A stretch of 51,444 bases of DNA from positions 1 through 51,444 of the IMG/VR virus record IMGVR_UViG_3300032327_000733; one strand, given 5' to 3'. The notes beneath the pieces are model-generated. The model had not been told where the DNA came from, did no database searches, and saw nothing but the letters and a program-made list of their open reading frames with translations. Shown here in pieces: positions 48,046 through 51,444 of this stretch. Position 1 is the stretch's first letter, and every line of letters begins with the position of its first letter. The position numbers and the translations under genes were made by a program. The stretch is from a virus (taxonomy: Duplodnaviria; Caudoviricetes).

Positions 48046-49748
48046 TTCATTTCAAAACAATAAGATGGAAGAATTTCCTCTCAACCGGAAACATCTTCAC
48101 AGAACTAAACTTGTCTACGCCAGGGACCACTCTGATCGTAGGCGAGAATGGAGCAGGTAAGTCAACCATCCTTGACGCTCTTACTTTTGCTCTGTTCGGT
48201 AAGACTTTCAGAAACATTAACAAGCCACAGCTGCTCAACACAATCACTCGTAAAGAATTGATTGTAGAGCTTGAGTTCTCTATTCAATCAAATCATTACA
48301 AAATCGTCAGAGGCATCAAGCCTGCTGTCTTCGAGGTTTACTGTAACGATAACCTAGTCAACCAATCGGCTGAAATGAGAGACTACCAGGAAGTTCTAGA
48401 AAAGAACGTTCTGAAGATCAACTACAAGTCTTTTTGTCAGGTTGTTGTTCTTGGTTCTGCTTCTTTCGTTCCTTTCATGCAGCTTCCTGCTTCTCAGCGT
48501 CGAACGATCATTGAAGACCTACTCGACTTGCAAGTGTTCACTACAATGAATACTCTATTGAAAGAGAAAGTGCAAGACAATGCCAGTCTTATTCAGGATA
48601 ACGGCAACGAACGCAATATCGTTGAAGCTAAGATCAAGATGGTCCGGGAACATCTGAAAGAAGTTCAATCTAAGAACGAACAATTCATTCAAGAGAAGAA
48701 AACTGCTCTTGCTGACGTTGAAAAAAAGATTGAAGAGGCTAGACTGACTAAAAGCGAGTTAGCTGATGTAATCAAATCAAAATCCGATTATCTTACTAAC
48801 CTTGGTAGTGTTAAGAATAAAGTCGAGAAGCTGAAAACTTTGAGAGCGCAGATGGAGATCAAAACTGCTTCTCTTTCGAAAGAGATTGATTTTTTCAATA
48901 ATCACGACAACTGCCCGACTTGCAAACAAGAAATCAGTTCTGAGTTTAGCTGCGAGATCGTAGGAAAACGCGAGGATGAAATCAAAGAAGTTGAGTCAGG
49001 TCTGTCGCAGTTAGCGAACAAGTATGAAGAAACCAACACAGAGCTCAGCAAGATACTTGAAATTGATAAGGAATGTGATGATCTTAGAACCAAGGCATCT
49101 CATGAAACTTTGAAGATTCAGATGTTTAACGATCAAGTTAGAACAATATCAAAAGAGCTTGATGAAGCTAAGAAGACTTCAAAAGAAAATTCCGATTTGA
49201 AGGTTGTTGACCTAGAAAAAGACTTGACAAATCTGTCAAATCATTATAATATACTACAGGAGGACAAGCGTGTCCTGAACGCTGCAGCTTTGTTGTTGAA
49301 AGATGGAGGTATTAAGACTCGTATCGTGAACCAATACATACCAGTCATCAACAAGCTGATCAATAAGTATCTGTCCGAGTTTGATCTGTTCGTTGAATTC
49401 AATCTAGACGAGCAGTTCAACGAAGTCATCAAGTCTCGCTATCGCGATGAGTTCAGCTACGCATCTTTCAGTGAAGGCGAAAAACAGAAGATTGACCTGG
49501 CTATTCTGTTCACCTGGAGAGCAGTAGCTAAACTTCGTAACTCTCTTAGCACGAATCTTTTGATTCTTGATGAAGTGTTCGATAGTTCTCTTGATGGTAA
49601 CTCGGCTGAGGATTTGCTCAAGATTTTACAGAATATTAGCAGAGACTCAAACGTGTTCATCATCTCCCATAGAGACACTCTACACGACAAGTTTGAGAAT
49701 GTCGTCAAGTTTGTCAAGACAAAATCTTTTAGTAGGATTGCAGAATGA
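48042..49748 (+). CDS. gp46: Recombination endonuclease subunit gp46 (Rad50/SbcC-like)
   Basis: 'GENGAGKST', zinc hook 'CPTC', 'FSEGEK', 'LILDEVFDSSLD', 'IISH'. Confidence 0.97.
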   Translation: MIHFKTIRWKNFLSTGNIFTELNLSTPGTTLIVGENGAGKSTILDALTFALFGKTFRNINKPQLLNTITRKELIVELEFSIQSNHYKIVRGIKPAVFEVYCNDNLVNQSAEMRDYQEVLEKNVLKINYKSFCQVVVLGSASFVPFMQLPASQRRTIIEDLLDLQVFTTMNTLLKEKVQDNASLIQDNGNERNIVEAKIKMVREHLKEVQSKNEQFIQEKKTALADVEKKIEEARLTKSELADVIKSKSDYLTNLGSVKNKVEKLKTLRAQMEIKTASLSKEIDFFNNHDNCPTCKQEISSEFSCEIVGKREDEIKEVESGLSQLANKYEETNTELSKILEIDKECDDLRTKASHETLKIQMFNDQVRTISKELDEAKKTSKENSDLKVVDLEKDLTNLSNHYNILQEDKRVLNAAALLLKDGGIKTRIVNQYIPVINKLINKYLSEFDLFVEFNLDEQFNEVIKSRYRDEFSYASFSEGEKQKIDLAILFTWRAVAKLRNSLSTNLLILDEVFDSSLDGNSAEDLLKILQNISRDSNVFIISHRDTLHDKFENVVKFVKTKSFSRIAE

Positions 49749-50230
49749 AAGTTATTGATTACCGGGACCCTCAACTGAAAGAAAAGTCAGAACCTTTTGA
49801 TTTCAAGAACCCACCATTTGATCCGTTTGAGTTCTCACAAGAGCTCATCAAGTTTATGTACGATAACAACGCAATCTGTCTTACTGCTCCTCAAGTCGGG
49901 ATTCCTCTTAGGATCTTCGGTATGCGCGGCGCTCCAGAGAATTTTGTGTGTTTCAACCCAAGAATTGTTATGCCAAGCAATGATCAAATTCGGCTTGAAG
50001 AAATAAGCATAACGTATCCAGGGTTAGTCATAAAAGTTAAACGACCACAACACTGTAAAGTTCGTTTTGCTACACCTAATGGTGAAATTAGAACCGAAAC
50101 ATACACAGGGATGACAGCTCGCGCGTTTCAACATTGTATGGACTTTCTCGACGGAGAAATATTCTACAAAAATTCCAACATCATTCATCGTCAAAAATCT
50201 TTACAAAAATGGAAACGTATGATCAAGTGA
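49745..50230 (+). CDS. def: Peptide deformylase-like protein with degenerate catalytic motifs
   Basis: PDF fold signatures 'DPQLK', 'APQVGIPLRIF', 'FNPRI', 'VKRP', 'TARAFQH..D.LDG'. The metal ligands are altered. Confidence 0.8.
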   Translation: MKVIDYRDPQLKEKSEPFDFKNPPFDPFEFSQELIKFMYDNNAICLTAPQVGIPLRIFGMRGAPENFVCFNPRIVMPSNDQIRLEEISITYPGLVIKVKRPQHCKVRFATPNGEIRTETYTGMTARAFQHCMDFLDGEIFYKNSNIIHRQKSLQKWKRMIK

Positions 50231-50788
50231 TTTTTTGTTTTTAGATTTCAAAGTTTCGGAAATTTTCATTTTAGTTTCTTCCGATTTTCTTTTTCCGATT
50301 TTCGCTTCCGACATTTTTTGTCTTGCTTTTTTCGAGATCAATCTAGTTCTGTTTGATTCCGAAATTCTTCGTTTGTGATCATCCGACATTTTTTTCGCCG
50401 ATTCTGATCTTTTTATTCTTGTTTCATCCGAGATATTCTTAGCGGATTGAGACATTTTTAAACGAGTTTCTTCTGTATGTTTCGAACAGTAAAAAGATTT
50501 TGCGCCATTGTGTCGATTCAACCAACGGTCAGACTGGGCTGCTTTAATTTTTTTGAGAAGTTTTTCTTCCCATAATAAAGATGTAGCGCGGTCATTGAAT
50601 ATTTTTCTGATTTTGATAACGTCGGGTTCGCCGTGTAGTTTTCTGAATTCGGCAACATGTTTCGACGACGTAAAATATGTAACCCATAAATCTTTGGGAT
50701 TGCAGGTTTTGGCGTGTCTTACGCCATAATACCATCTGTCAAATTTAGACCAACCTATTAGATATGTATAAGGCTGATAAGTAGTCAT
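50201..50788 (-). mobile_element. Free-standing GIY-YIG-like (Seg-type) homing endonuclease with five NUMOD3-like repeats
   Basis: 'YTYLIGW..RWYYGVR..YFTSS..WEEKLL..WLN' followed by repeats HTEETRLKMS, SDETRIKRSE, SDDHKRRISE, SKKARQKMSE, SEETKMKISE. Opposite orientation to both neighbours. Confidence 0.85.
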
Positions 50789-50848
50789 AGCTGATGCTCC
50801 TATAAAGCGTTAGAGTCAGTGGAGCTGGTAACTCGCGACTGACAATCT

Positions 50849-50856
50849 TATTTATA
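50849..50856 (-). promoter_or_regulatory. T4-type late promoter for the endonuclease
   Basis: TATTTATA on + is TATAAATA on -, 61 nt upstream of the ATG. Confidence 0.8.
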
Positions 50857-50874
50857 GAGAACCAATTTTTAAAC

Positions 50875-50903
50875 TTGACTTTTGATTCGATCCGTAATAT
50901 AAT
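50875..50903 (+). promoter_or_regulatory. Near-consensus sigma70 promoter
   Basis: TTGACT-17 nt-TATAAT with an AT-rich upstream element. Confidence 0.85.
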
Positions 50904-50935
50904 GCGTTATAATATTTTGATAGAAAGATCAAATT

Positions 50936-51444
50936 TTGAACATCTTCTATGTCTCACCTGACCCTGTGCAAGCTGCTCAGTGGATGGTCGATAAACACGT
51001 TGTAAAGATGATTTTAGAATCTGCGCAGTTGCTTTCGACTGCGCATAGAGTGCTAGACGGTAGGGAAATTGCTGGTAAGACCAAAACTGGTCGCAACGCA
51101 AAACGTTGGGTTCTTGACGATGCGCGCGATACTGTTCTGTATCAAGCTACGCACATCAACCATCCTTCTGCCGTATGGGCGCGTAAGTCGGTTGAAAACT
51201 ACAACTGGCTTGCAGAGCACTTTTTTGCTCTCGGTGAAGAGTATACTTACCGCTATGATAAGACTCATAAGTGTTTCGGAGAGCTCAGCTACCAGCTGCA
51301 ATCCCCTCCTAAGAATCTGACTAACTATGATATGACGACAATGCCTTCTGCTATGGATCCCGAATACGTTGTCAGCGAAGACCCAATCGTCAACTACCGT
51401 AACTACTACAAAATCGGGAAGGCAAGAATGCACTCCTGGAAGAA
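50936..51444 (+). CDS. Pyrimidine-dimer DNA glycosylase/DenV-related protein (3' truncated, absent from the ORF track)
   Basis: TTG start gives MNIFYVSPDPVQAAQWMVDKHVVKMILESAQLLSTAHRVLDG...LYQATHINHPSAVWARKS..NYNWL..EEYTYRY. The frame stays open to the window end. Confidence 0.8.
   Translation, partial: MNIFYVSPDPVQAAQWMVDKHVVKMILESAQLLSTAHRVLDGREIAGKTKTGRNAKRWVLDDARDTVLYQATHINHPSAVWARKSVENYNWLAEHFFALGEEYTYRYDKTHKCFGELSYQLQSPPKNLTNYDMTTMPSAMDPEYVVSEDPIVNYRNYYKIGKARMHSWK

Noticed and set aside
31930-49748. Introns or inteins in gp17, gp20, gp23, UvsW or gp46
   Set aside because: The ORFs are continuous, of ordinary length, and show no intein or intron signatures.
51053-51433. 126-aa minus-strand ORF and the 83-aa plus ORF at 51069
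   Set aside because: Both overlap the recognisable glycosylase-like gene starting at 50936 in another frame.
1-51444. tRNA or rRNA genes
   Set aside because: Intergenic gaps are short and no cloverleaf or rRNA-like sequence was seen.

Overview
This window is the virion-morphogenesis arm of a large T4-like myophage genome, roughly 38-40% GC by eye and almost entirely + strand. Bases 1-19.4 kb hold a split VrlC/DUF4815-like structural gene and an array of fibre or accessory virion proteins. Bases 19.4-27.1 kb are an accessory island: two paralogous ~10%-Cys glycine-rich adhesin-like proteins, a GT9-like glycosyltransferase, a NodU/CmcH carbamoyltransferase, a GmhB-like HAD protein with degenerate catalytic motifs, heme oxygenase and a PcyX/PcyA-type bilin reductase. 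After a fibre carrying an S74 chaperone domain comes the canonical T4 core: gp13-14-15-16-17-18-19-20-67-(68 position)-21-22-23, gp3, uvsY, uvsW, gp55, gp47, gp46. The window ends with a degenerate peptide deformylase, a free-standing GIY-YIG/NUMOD3 endonuclease with a structured leader, and a truncated pyrimidine-dimer-glycosylase-like gene. T4-type late promoters (TATAAATA) and sigma70-type promoters are visible. The hemO+pcyX pair and the lack of photosynthesis genes in this window suggest, by inference only, a non-cyanobacterial (possibly alphaproteobacterial) host. The best candidate for an undescribed system is virion-surface chemical decoration. Exterior proteins, unlike interior proteins and enzymes, are strongly Asn-rich (Ala/Ser/Gly-Asn and N-x-S/T motifs). 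They sit next to late-promoter-driven transferases and a bilin pathway that neighbours the Cys-rich adhesins. All family calls come from motif recognition and synteny, not database searches.
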